Shown here: positions 9,949-18,730 of the stretch, piece after piece
Position numbering within the stretch: position 1 is the stretch's first letter
How the letters are laid out: each line of letters begins with the position of its first letter
Virus record (IMG/VR): IMGVR_UViG_3300037346_000419
Location: 17,327 to 81,326 of that record
Length of the DNA stretch: 64,000 nt
Source: a virus
Strand: one strand, 5' to 3'
The notes under the pieces: model-generated
What the model was told of the DNA's origin: nothing
What the model saw: the letters and a program-made list of their open reading frames with translations, nothing else
The model's database searches: none
Translations under genes and position numbers: made by a program

Positions 9949-10631
9949 GATATAACATTTGTATATGTGACTGGAATAAAAAACTCATAAAAAAATGGTA
10001 TATCCCTAACTTTTTCTCTTTCATGAATATTTGTTAAATGATTTGTAAAAAAAGCTGTCATTAAAGAACCTATCATTGCTGCACAATGACTTGTCTGTTT
10101 TAATGTGCATGGTGCATCTTCTACTTCATCATCATCAAAAAGATATTTTTCATACTCTTCAATTTTATCTGGAGTCACACAAAATATTTGTAATTGTTCT
10201 AATTCCAATCTACCATCTATGAAAATAGGAGTTACAGGACAATTAGGAATACTTTTTTTCCAAACTTCAAACATATCTTTTCTAGCTTTCATATTATCAA
10301 AAGCAGAAAACATAAAATAATGTGTAGGAGAATTTCTATCAATTTTTTCATTAAAAATATGAGGTGTTTTACCACAAAATTCATAAATAATATTACTAAT
10401 AGCATTTACTTTTGGTATGCCTAAATCTTTTACTTTAAACATTTGACCTCCCATATTATGTTCTTCTATTAAATCATCATCATAAATAACACAATTATTT
10501 CCTATTCTACTAAGAAAAAAACTTAACCATGTGCCAATACCTCCTGCACCCCCTATCATTACTGTTTCAGGATTTTCAGAAAACCATAAAGCATCTTTAA
10601 ATCTATTATACTGCGCTTCCATATTCTTCAA
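9945..10631 (-). CDS. ThiF/E1-like ubiquitin-activating (adenylating) enzyme
   Basis: IGGAGGIG, YDDDLIEEHNMGGQ, PKVNA, SAFDNMKAR, FIDGR, and APC with a candidate catalytic Cys. Confidence 0.88.
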   Translation of the reverse strand: MKNMEAQYNRFKDALWFSENPETVMIGGAGGIGTWLSFFLSRIGNNCVIYDDDLIEEHNMGGQMFKVKDLGIPKVNAISNIIYEFCGKTPHIFNEKIDRNSPTHYFMFSAFDNMKARKDMFEVWKKSIPNCPVTPIFIDGRLELEQLQIFCVTPDKIEEYEKYLFDDDEVEDAPCTLKQTSHCAAMIGSLMTAFFTNHLTNIHEREKVRDIPFFYEFFIPVTYTNVIS

Positions 10632-11856
10632 ATTTTTGTAAGAAAAACTTTATTGCTAATTTTATTTTACTAACAACTTTATATTCTATTTCTAACTCTT
10701 CAAGTTCTTCAACTATACGATTTGTAATGTAAATAAAATTTTCATCGTCTTCTTCTTCTGTAAACATATTTTTATATAAAGGTACAAAATTCTCTAATAT
10801 TTGTCTACAAATTTCTTCTATTTTTACTGCTCCAATTGTCACATTTAATTCTAAATCTTCTAAAACATCATCAATAGTTTTTGTATCATCTTCTTTAGTA
10901 TTAGTATAATTTAATAAAGCATAAATAAAATCTTGTATTAAATCTAATTCATCTTCTTCTAAAAAAGTATCATTATCAATTTCTTCAAAATCTATGTCAT
11001 CAACAAATTCTTGAAATAAATCAATTTGTTTTTTATTTGTAGTGACAACTTTTGTTAAAGGACTATTAGGAATTATAGGATTATTTGGGATAATGTTTGC
11101 AAAACCTTTAATAGGATTTCTATTTTGAGGAGGAAAAGTTTGAACATAAATAGGTTTTTCAGCTTTCTTTATAATAGCTTCTACTCCTTCTTTAAATTCT
11201 TGATTAACTATTATTTCTTCTTGTTCAGATATAATGTCACAATTATAAATAAATAATTTTTCTTTTTTAAATTTTAAATCTTCTTTAGATATTGTATATT
11301 TTTTACCATTTTCATCTAAAGAAATATATGGTGTTTTTGTAATATCTTTTTGTATAGCTCCTCTAAAAGCAACTTTAGCTTCAAAATCCATATAGTTATT
11401 TACTATTAAAGAAAGATAAAAATTGTGAGAATCTGAATTATCATTTAATTCACTCATATCTGTTCCAGAGAAAAAAACATTCATTGTATTGTGGCTATGT
11501 ATATGCCCAATTTTCCAATTCATTCTTTCTTCATCTTTCATCATATAATCTACAAATCTATTATCAAATTCGTATTCTGTAAAAGCTTGTGTGCCTTTAT
11601 CCATTGGTAAAATATCTCTTATAATAAGAAGCATATTTTCGGGTTTTCTTATAGAGCCTATTATTTCATAAAATAATATTCCTGACCACTCTACCTTTGC
11701 TATTTTTTTACACAGGTACTTGATTTTGAATAATATTTCTTTGGATATTTCTAATTTTATTCTCTTTTCTAATTGCTCTATTGACAACGACTTGTTTATA
11801 TAAATGTTGTTCGAGGGCATTACTTGCGGATTTTGTGTATTTTGGTAATAATTCAT
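10606..11856 (-). CDS. JAB/MPN+ (JAMM) metalloprotease with acidic C-terminal region
   Basis: EWSG followed by HIHSHNTMNVFFSGTD, which fits the JAMM motif E...HxH-x7-S-x2-D. Confidence 0.85.
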   Translation of the reverse strand: MNYYQNTQNPQVMPSNNIYINKSLSIEQLEKRIKLEISKEILFKIKYLCKKIAKVEWSGILFYEIIGSIRKPENMLLIIRDILPMDKGTQAFTEYEFDNRFVDYMMKDEERMNWKIGHIHSHNTMNVFFSGTDMSELNDNSDSHNFYLSLIVNNYMDFEAKVAFRGAIQKDITKTPYISLDENGKKYTISKEDLKFKKEKLFIYNCDIISEQEEIIVNQEFKEGVEAIIKKAEKPIYVQTFPPQNRNPIKGFANIIPNNPIIPNSPLTKVVTTNKKQIDLFQEFVDDIDFEEIDNDTFLEEDELDLIQDFIYALLNYTNTKEDDTKTIDDVLEDLELNVTIGAVKIEEICRQILENFVPLYKNMFTEEEDDENFIYITNRIVEELEELEIEYKVVSKIKLAIKFFLQKFEEYGSAV

Positions 11857-12949
11857 ATTTTACTTTTATTTCTTCTTTTGTTTCTTGTTTTTTTTCATAA
11901 ACTTTAAAATCTATAATTTTACTTCTAAAAATTATAGAAGGAATTAAATTTTGATTTTTCAAATCTTTATTTATTTCTTTTACGTTTTCTTTATAATCAT
12001 CTTTATTAAATTGATAGTATATATCTTCTATTTTTGTTACAATAAGATTTTTTATATTGTCATAATCAAACTTTTTAATTATATTTATTATTGTGTTTTT
12101 AAAATTATCATTTATTATAAATTTAAGACTTCTATTTTGTACTATAACACGTAAATTTTTTATATCATTCTCATTTATATTTTTAATTAATTGAATATTT
12201 ACTATATTAAACATATTTTTAGCATCAGTTCTATCTATTGATATACTACTACTTTCTGCATTTGTTATAACATCTCTCATTTTTATATGGGGGCCACCTT
12301 CTAAGGATTCCCAAGATAAATAGTTATCTAAAGTAATAATAAATAATTCAAATGCTTCAGGAGTACATTCATTTCTATTTATAGATATTATATCAGAAAT
12401 TTCACTTTCTCCATAACAAAAACTTGAACTATAAAAATTTTTATTATATTTATAACTCATTGTATTAGTATGAGAGTGTCTATAAGCATTGTGAAATTCT
12501 TGTTTATTAACTGATAATCTAATACCTTTAAAATCTTTAAAAAAGATGGATGAAGTAAATTTATGTATAGGTAAAACTATTAATAAATCTTTTATAAGAT
12601 GTTCTTCTTCTACACTATTTTTAATTGTGATAGAAGGATATAATATAAAAATATTTATTTGTATAGAATTTATTAAAGTATTATCTTGCTTATTAGAAAA
12701 ATTATCTATAATACTTAAATTAATATCCCAATTATCTTTATGATGTGCATTTAAAATTGGAGTAATTAAATTTATAAAATTAGAAAATCTTATTTTATTT
12801 CTAACCCCTATACCACATACATAATCTTTTTGTATTAAAGTTTTTAAAAAATTTATGTCTCTTGATTTTCCTGATTTGTTCCAATTATTGCATAATTTAA
12901 TAATTGTATTTTCATAAGTAGTTCCTATTGTGTTTATATTTAACTGCAT
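11708..12949 (-). CDS. Prokaryotic E2-like (ubiquitin-conjugating) domain protein
   Basis: YRHSH...SSSFCYG followed by a helix and WESLEGGP, like the E2 H-P-N/H...C core. Lies between the Ubl and JAB genes. Confidence 0.6.
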   Translation of the reverse strand: MQLNINTIGTTYENTIIKLCNNWNKSGKSRDINFLKTLIQKDYVCGIGVRNKIRFSNFINLITPILNAHHKDNWDINLSIIDNFSNKQDNTLINSIQINIFILYPSITIKNSVEEEHLIKDLLIVLPIHKFTSSIFFKDFKGIRLSVNKQEFHNAYRHSHTNTMSYKYNKNFYSSSFCYGESEISDIISINRNECTPEAFELFIITLDNYLSWESLEGGPHIKMRDVITNAESSSISIDRTDAKNMFNIVNIQLIKNINENDIKNLRVIVQNRSLKFIINDNFKNTIINIIKKFDYDNIKNLIVTKIEDIYYQFNKDDYKENVKEINKDLKNQNLIPSIIFRSKIIDFKVYEKKQETKEEIKVKYELLPKYTKSASNALEQHLYKQVVVNRAIRKENKIRNIQRNIIQNQVPV

Positions 12950-12957
12950 AATTTTTT

Positions 12958-12977
12958 AAAGGGGTGTTTCCACCCCT
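12958..12977 (-). terminator. GC-rich hairpin (terminator/attenuator) between the Ubl and E2 genes
   Basis: AGGGGTG-GAAA-CACCCCT-TT on the minus strand, with a GNRA loop and a short U tract. Confidence 0.6.
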
Positions 12978-12992
12978 ATCTAATTTGTTTTT

Positions 12993-13652
12993 TTAAAAAC
13001 CTTTATTAATTTCTGCTAATTCTCTAGTTAATCTTTCAGTTTCTTCTCTGTCATCAATAGCTGCTTGGGCTGACTCAGAATTACTATAAGTTTCAATTAA
13101 ATTTAACACTCTGTTATATTTTCTTGAATCTACTAAGTCTTCCCAAGCTGTTGTCAAATCATTTTTATCAATTACTAAAACAACTTCTGCTAGATTATTC
13201 TCAACAGAAAGAATAGCTAAAGAAGATTGAGAAGGACTAATTTGTTCTGAAACTGCTTCTGGCTCTGGAGTTTGAGTTAAATTGTTAAAATAGTTTTTTA
13301 AATCTAAAGTTGAACATTGTGTCCAACTAACTTTACAGTTGAATTTAGCCACTCCAATTTTATCAGCAGGACTTAGTTGATTTCTTAAATCATTATAATT
13401 CATATTGTTATAATCTACTCCAGATTTAGTTTTAATAGGACTGATAAACAAAGTAAAAGCTGTAGTAGGCAATATTGCTATACTACTTTCTAAACTTGTT
13501 CTATTTACACTTTCTAAAGCTTTGAATTGATTCATATCAAATCCTTTATTTTCTACAACACTTTTCAATTCACCCCAAGTTGTTGCTGATGATTGAATTT
13601 TAATTTTTTCACCTTTTGTGGTGAATATGGTGATTTCTCTTTCGTTACTCAT
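12993..13652 (-). CDS. Ubiquitin-like (beta-grasp) domain fused to a C-terminal extension
   Basis: Residues 1-78 follow ubiquitin topology (EITIFTTKGEKIKI, TWGELKSVV, FTLFISP) and end KTKSG. Confidence 0.7.
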   Translation of the reverse strand: MSNEREITIFTTKGEKIKIQSSATTWGELKSVVENKGFDMNQFKALESVNRTSLESSIAILPTTAFTLFISPIKTKSGVDYNNMNYNDLRNQLSPADKIGVAKFNCKVSWTQCSTLDLKNYFNNLTQTPEPEAVSEQISPSQSSLAILSVENNLAEVVLVIDKNDLTTAWEDLVDSRKYNRVLNLIETYSNSESAQAAIDDREETERLTRELAEINKGF

Positions 13653-13691
13653 TTTATTTTTTATTTATTTTTTATTTATTTTTATTACTCT

Positions 13692-14726
13692 TTATAGAAG
13701 ATTTATATTTTTATCTCTTAAAAAATCTATTAAATTTTGTTTTCCTTTATTTTCTATTAAATCTGATGCATCTGAAATTTTATCTTTTAATAAATTTTCA
13801 TTTAACCATATTTTTTCTATATTATTAATACCTAATGATATTAATAAATCATATAGTTTTATAGAAGCTTTTATTCCAGCTTTATCATTATCAAAAAAAA
13901 TAATAATTTTATTAAAAGAATTTAATAAATTTTTTAATATTTCCTTATCAGGAAACATTCCTTCATTTTGAAACCAAATTACATTTAAATTTAGATTTTT
14001 TAATACTCTATAATCTTTATAAGATTTAGTAATTATTATATTATCTGAATTATTATCTATGAAATTTATTCCCCCAATATCATTATTATCACAATTAGTT
14101 ATAAATTTTTTAACTTTTTGCTCAGGTCTATAGATTTTCTTTTTATTATCTTTAAAATCTGTATAGCAATAACATAAATCGATGGGTCTAACAGTTATAT
14201 CTCCTTTTCTTGTATTCAATAGTTTGAATTTTTGAATTGGAAAAACTTTATCATCTATTAAATTTTGTTTAGTAATTTCATAAGGAGTCCAATAAAGACC
14301 ATCTATTTTACTGAAATTTCTTGTTGCAATTAGAATCTTAAAATCTTTTTTAATAACATTGACTTTTTTGACTTTTTTTACAACTGGTTTTATAACAAAA
14401 TTTTTATTTTTTATGATATTTTTATTTATAAAAGCTAAAGTTTCATAAAAATTCTTTAAATTGTATTTTAGTTTGATTGCATCAAAACAATCAATTTTTA
14501 GATTATCTGCATAATCAACAAATCTTAGGGTGTTAGCATCTAATTCAAACCAACACCCTGGATTTGTATCATCTCTAAAAGGAGATATGATATATTCAAA
14601 TTCTATAGGTTCAAAACCAAATACATAAGCAAATATATCTTGTTCAGATACTTTATTAAGTATAGATTCTTTACTAATAAAACCTTTAACTTCTATATTA
14701 TCTGTTATTTTATCATAAATAGACAT
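13692..14726 (-). CDS. dnaG: DNA primase (DnaG/Toprim)
   Basis: SPFRDDTNPGC N-terminal region, IITKSYKD, FFDNDKAG, SDASD. Confidence 0.85.
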   Translation of the reverse strand: MSIYDKITDNIEVKGFISKESILNKVSEQDIFAYVFGFEPIEFEYIISPFRDDTNPGCWFELDANTLRFVDYADNLKIDCFDAIKLKYNLKNFYETLAFINKNIIKNKNFVIKPVVKKVKKVNVIKKDFKILIATRNFSKIDGLYWTPYEITKQNLIDDKVFPIQKFKLLNTRKGDITVRPIDLCYCYTDFKDNKKKIYRPEQKVKKFITNCDNNDIGGINFIDNNSDNIIITKSYKDYRVLKNLNLNVIWFQNEGMFPDKEILKNLLNSFNKIIIFFDNDKAGIKASIKLYDLLISLGINNIEKIWLNENLLKDKISDASDLIENKGKQNLIDFLRDKNINLL

Positions 14727-14751
14727 CTAACAAAGTTAAGGAATATATTTG

Positions 14752-15477
14752 TCACCCCCAAGAAGCTTTACTAGAATCTGTTATAGGACTATCAGTAGGT
14801 TTAACTTTATCGTTTTGCTCATTAGCTTTTGGGCTTTCCATGTAATTAGTATTTCTAGTAATTACATGTGTTTCTCCTTTTGAATTAACATATTTTAATC
14901 CATCAGCATCAACAACTTTTTCCCAAGGCCCTGGCATAGCAGGAGATAAAAATTTACCACCTTTCATGTTTTGAGGTAATTGAAGAAAAGTTCTTGTGTT
15001 ATCAGCTTTTATAGCCCATTGATATTCTAAAAACACATCTACATCTCTATCTGCAAAATTTGCTGGTAATAAAGATACTAAGATTTGCGCCCAAGATTTA
15101 AAATCTGTAGGAGGAGTTGCTAAAGATTTCTTAATTTGTTCATCTGTAACTCCAAGAGCTTTTAAAGCATGGATTACTACTGCTCCATTTTGAGTCATTT
15201 CAGCTATTTTAGCTTCTTCATAACCTTCTCCACCTGGCTCTGTTAAAGCTCCACTTACATATAAAGCTCCAGTAATATCATAAATTCTATTTCTGTATTC
15301 TTTATTAGGTGTAGTAACAGTTAATAGGATAGCATCTGCTGCTGCTCCATCTTTTCCTGCTGTTTCACTAAATTCAAAAGTTGTAATTTTACCTGAAGTT
15401 AAACCAAAAGTATCATAACTTGAAGATTTACCTTGAAGATTTTCATCTTCATCATTTACATATCCAAATACTGACAT
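14752..15477 (-). CDS. Putative single-stranded DNA-binding protein
   Basis: Sits between the AAA ATPase and primase as in crAss-like replication modules, with a flexible C-terminal tail ending in WG. Confidence 0.5.
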   Translation of the reverse strand: MSVFGYVNDEDENLQGKSSSYDTFGLTSGKITTFEFSETAGKDGAAADAILLTVTTPNKEYRNRIYDITGALYVSGALTEPGGEGYEEAKIAEMTQNGAVVIHALKALGVTDEQIKKSLATPPTDFKSWAQILVSLLPANFADRDVDVFLEYQWAIKADNTRTFLQLPQNMKGGKFLSPAMPGPWEKVVDADGLKYVNSKGETHVITRNTNYMESPKANEQNDKVKPTDSPITDSSKASWG

Positions 15478-15782
15478 TATGCTTCTTCTCTTTCTTGTAA
15501 TATTGAACTTAAATGAACTACTTCTCTTTCTGGTTGTAATTCTTCTGTGATTTCATTTTCATTTTCAATTTGCGTATCTGATATAGATTCTTCATCTGTA
15601 TCATCCACTAAAACTGAAGTTAATGGTTTGTGCATTCTTAACCCTTTTAATTTAGGATGTTTAAAATGTTTTTTTAATTCGCCTAAAGTAATACCATACT
15701 CATTTGCGATTTCTTGTCTTGTTTTTCCTTGCTCTAAGAGAGATTTAATCCCACTTATGCTTATTTTAACTGGTTCTTGCAT
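15477..15782 (-). CDS. HTH-containing hypothetical protein
   Basis: GKTRQEIANEYGITLGELKK helix-turn-helix pattern and an acidic tail. Confidence 0.6.
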   Translation of the reverse strand: MQEPVKISISGIKSLLEQGKTRQEIANEYGITLGELKKHFKHPKLKGLRMHKPLTSVLVDDTDEESISDTQIENENEITEELQPEREVVHLSSILQEREEA

Positions 15783-15811
15783 TAGTTTTATTATTTATTA
15801 TTTATTGTTTA

Positions 15812-16885
15812 TTAATATGTTAGTAATTTTTCAATTATAAAATTGTAGTCATTATCAATTATAGGTTCAAATAGTTCCATTGGACTTCTAACTGTATTAA
15901 AACCATCATTTTGAGTTTCTAATATATATTTTGATTCACTATTTTCTTTAATAACTTTGGCATAAAGTACAGTTTCATATTTACCTTCAAGTTGCATTTT
16001 AGTTGCCATATTACCTAAAGTTTTCAATCTATATCTCATGTCATTTCCATGTTTATACTCTTCAAGATGTGCTGTTAAAATAGCATATCTCTCTTCTTCA
16101 AACATATTTTTTGATAGTCCCATTTTTATGTGATTTGTAATATCATCATAAGTTTTAGGTATTACATGATAGGGTATTATAGGGTTATTTTTTTTACCAT
16201 ACTCTTCTTTTCCTCCTACCCAAACAGGATTCTTATTATCTGCATTAAACCATATATTAGTTTTACTAGGTAGTGTTCTCATACCAGTACTTTTTCCTGT
16301 CTTTATATTCTTTTAAGTTCGTTACTTCTTAAAATGTTCTCTAATGAACTACTTGTATTCTCACACAAGAATAGACTATATCTTTATCCTATAAGGATAA
16401 TCCCCTTTTCCACCCACTTGGGTGTACAGCTTCCAACAGCTTAGTCGTTGAACCTTACCCTTATTATTTTCATAACTTAGAGTCTTGGCTGCTGATTGTC
16501 ACATAATAAGAAATTTTCAAACATTCATAGTGTAATTTCTTCACTATTGTAGTTTTCTTATCTTCGAGATATTCCAGCAATTAAAGGATTTCATTATATA
16601 GATTACTCTATATAAGGGCTATATTTTAAATATTTATTGTATTTTCTATCTAAATAAATTGTAGCATTATCAAATATACAATAATTAATTAACATAACCT
16701 GGACTACCCACAATTAGAATTGTTTCAAAACCTAAAGATTGTAAATCAGATTGTAATTGCCATATTGACATACCATAGTCTTTCCACTTATCGTGTCCTG
16801 GCTTTTTTAATGAAGTCATGTATTCTTCATTTTGAATACCTGTTAAGGTATCAATACAGACTGTTCTTATTTTTGTTTCATTCAT
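15812..16885 (-). CDS. AAA_24/Sak4-like P-loop ATPase split by a group I intron (exons 16885-16697 and 16300-15812; ~225 aa)
   Basis: Splicing joins LIVGSPG to TGKSTGMR and restores Walker A GSPGTGKS. The C-terminus has AH...KTLG...ETQNDG..T.RSP..LF...IDND. Confidence 0.85.
16301..16696 (-). mobile_element. Group I self-splicing intron (396 nt), no ORF
   Basis: The exon ends in U (CCAGGT). P AATTGCTGGAA, Q AATCAGCAGCC, R GTTCAACGACTA and S AAGATATAGTCT are present, with terminal G at 16301. Confidence 0.92.
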
Positions 16886-16899
16886 TTATTTTTTTATTT

Positions 16900-18030
16900 T
16901 TATTTATTTGGTATTATTAATGGTTCAAAATTTTTCCAACCCCCATACATATTAACTCTAAAGTGTTGTGGAAACTCACAATGTCTGCTTTCCACTAAAT
17001 GTAAAGTTCTTAGTTTAGGATATAAAGGATTACCTTTACTGTCTTTTATTTCTGCACCAAAATGTTTCATTAAATTATATCTTGTATCATTTGGATTTAA
17101 CATAGTTATTAGATAATCACAATCTTCAGCTACATTACCCGAATCTTTCACATCATCACTTGAGGGATGTAATTCATCTCCAAATTGTTTAAATCTTTCT
17201 ACACTTGTTAAACTTCTATTTAAATGTATTACATTTACAAAGTTATAATTTATTAAATTTTTTAATATTACACTGTATTCAGACATTTTATCTACAGTTT
17301 GTTTCATTTGCATTTGCCTTTCAGGAATCAGTTTTCTTAAATGGTCTATTAATACAACAGTGAATTTTTTTGAATCGTTTTCAACATAACTTGTTAATCT
17401 TTCATATCCTTTTTCACCTGTATATATGAGTTTACCATTTGCTTCTGCATGTTTTAAAAGGTTTTTATAAACTCCTGTAGGATTATCTGTACTTGTAATA
17501 AAAATTATTGCTCCTCTTTTAGTTAAAATATTACTATCATTATATTCTCCAAATAAAGGTATTATTCTATCTGGATATATTTTAAATAGTAACTCTTCAA
17601 TCTTTTCATCTACTTTAATTAATTCATCATTATCATCTAATAATTTCCCAAGTAAGTAATCTGCATCTAATTCTATTACATTCTTACCTTTTTTTGTAAT
17701 CCCTGGGGGTAAAGTAATATATGTAATATTGTAATCATGATACAAAAAATAACAAGCAAAATTAAATTCTTGTGTTATCCTATCCATTTCTAATGAGTAA
17801 TATATAAATTCAATAGGAATGTTATTAGCTAAACAAAATAGATAAGGTTGAATGATAAAAGCATAATTTATAAAAGTGGATTTACCTGTTTTAGGAGGAG
17901 AAGCAATACCATAGTACCTAGCTTTTTGCAAACCGTTTAACGCTTTAGTAAACGGAGCTAAACCTGGCCCAAAGGGTATTCCTCTATTTTCTCCTAATTG
18001 ACCTTTTTTGTAATTTTTTATAAAAGTCAT
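16900..18030 (-). CDS. dnaB: DnaB-like replicative helicase
   Basis: SPPKTGKST, YSLEM, LIDHL, HLNR, DVKDSGNVAEDCD. Confidence 0.85.
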   Translation of the reverse strand: MTFIKNYKKGQLGENRGIPFGPGLAPFTKALNGLQKARYYGIASPPKTGKSTFINYAFIIQPYLFCLANNIPIEFIYYSLEMDRITQEFNFACYFLYHDYNITYITLPPGITKKGKNVIELDADYLLGKLLDDNDELIKVDEKIEELLFKIYPDRIIPLFGEYNDSNILTKRGAIIFITSTDNPTGVYKNLLKHAEANGKLIYTGEKGYERLTSYVENDSKKFTVVLIDHLRKLIPERQMQMKQTVDKMSEYSVILKNLINYNFVNVIHLNRSLTSVERFKQFGDELHPSSDDVKDSGNVAEDCDYLITMLNPNDTRYNLMKHFGAEIKDSKGNPLYPKLRTLHLVESRHCEFPQHFRVNMYGGWKNFEPLIIPNK

Positions 18031-18560
18031 TATTGCATAGTGTTAGTTATGTTGTTTCTACCTAAAATATCTGTATTTAAATTTTTATATTTATTAATCC
18101 AAGTTAATATATCACATATTTTATTAACACCTGCTCCTTTCTCAATAAAATAATGAGGTAATCTTATAAAATTTAAATCTGAACTTCTTAAATACAAATT
18201 TGTACCTTGAATAACATCTTCTTTTCTTATTTCAGGGTTGTTTGCAAAGAGTTTTTTCATTCTAATTACAGATTCTTTTTCATAACTAGCTTTTTTAGGG
18301 TTAGCTTTTTCAAATAATTTTATATATTCTTTTTCTACCCATTCAAAATTTGTTTCTGATTCTTCATATAAACCTACTTTCCAAGTTAAGCCTTTAGAAT
18401 CTCCAGTAACAATATTTGTTACATTAATTTTTTTCTTTAATTCATCTGGAATATAACTTGGTTTATATCCGTAATATAAAGATATTAAATAACAAATAGC
18501 ATCATCTTTATTTATATTGTAAGCTCTTAATGTTTCAATTATTTTTTCATTAATTTTCAT
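18030..18560 (-). CDS. Conserved hypothetical protein upstream of DnaB
   Basis: 176-aa ORF whose stop abuts the DnaB start. Confidence 0.65.
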   Translation of the reverse strand: MKINEKIIETLRAYNINKDDAICYLISLYYGYKPSYIPDELKKKINVTNIVTGDSKGLTWKVGLYEESETNFEWVEKEYIKLFEKANPKKASYEKESVIRMKKLFANNPEIRKEDVIQGTNLYLRSSDLNFIRLPHYFIEKGAGVNKICDILTWINKYKNLNTDILGRNNITNTMQ

Positions 18561-18730
18561 TCTTCATCTGTCCCATGTATTTCATTAATATTAATTATAA
18601 TTCCTAATTTAAAAGAATTATTAGCTTCTTCTATACTATTAGCTTTTATATTAATCCACTCTTTATCTTGTTTACCAATAGGTAAATATATTATTCTATA
18701 AGTTTTCATAATTTTTTTAGTATTAATTCT

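Noticed and set aside
9945-10631. ThiF as a thiamine/molybdopterin biosynthesis gene
   Set aside because: No ThiS/ThiG/MoaE partners in the window; neighbours are JAB, E2-like and Ubl genes.
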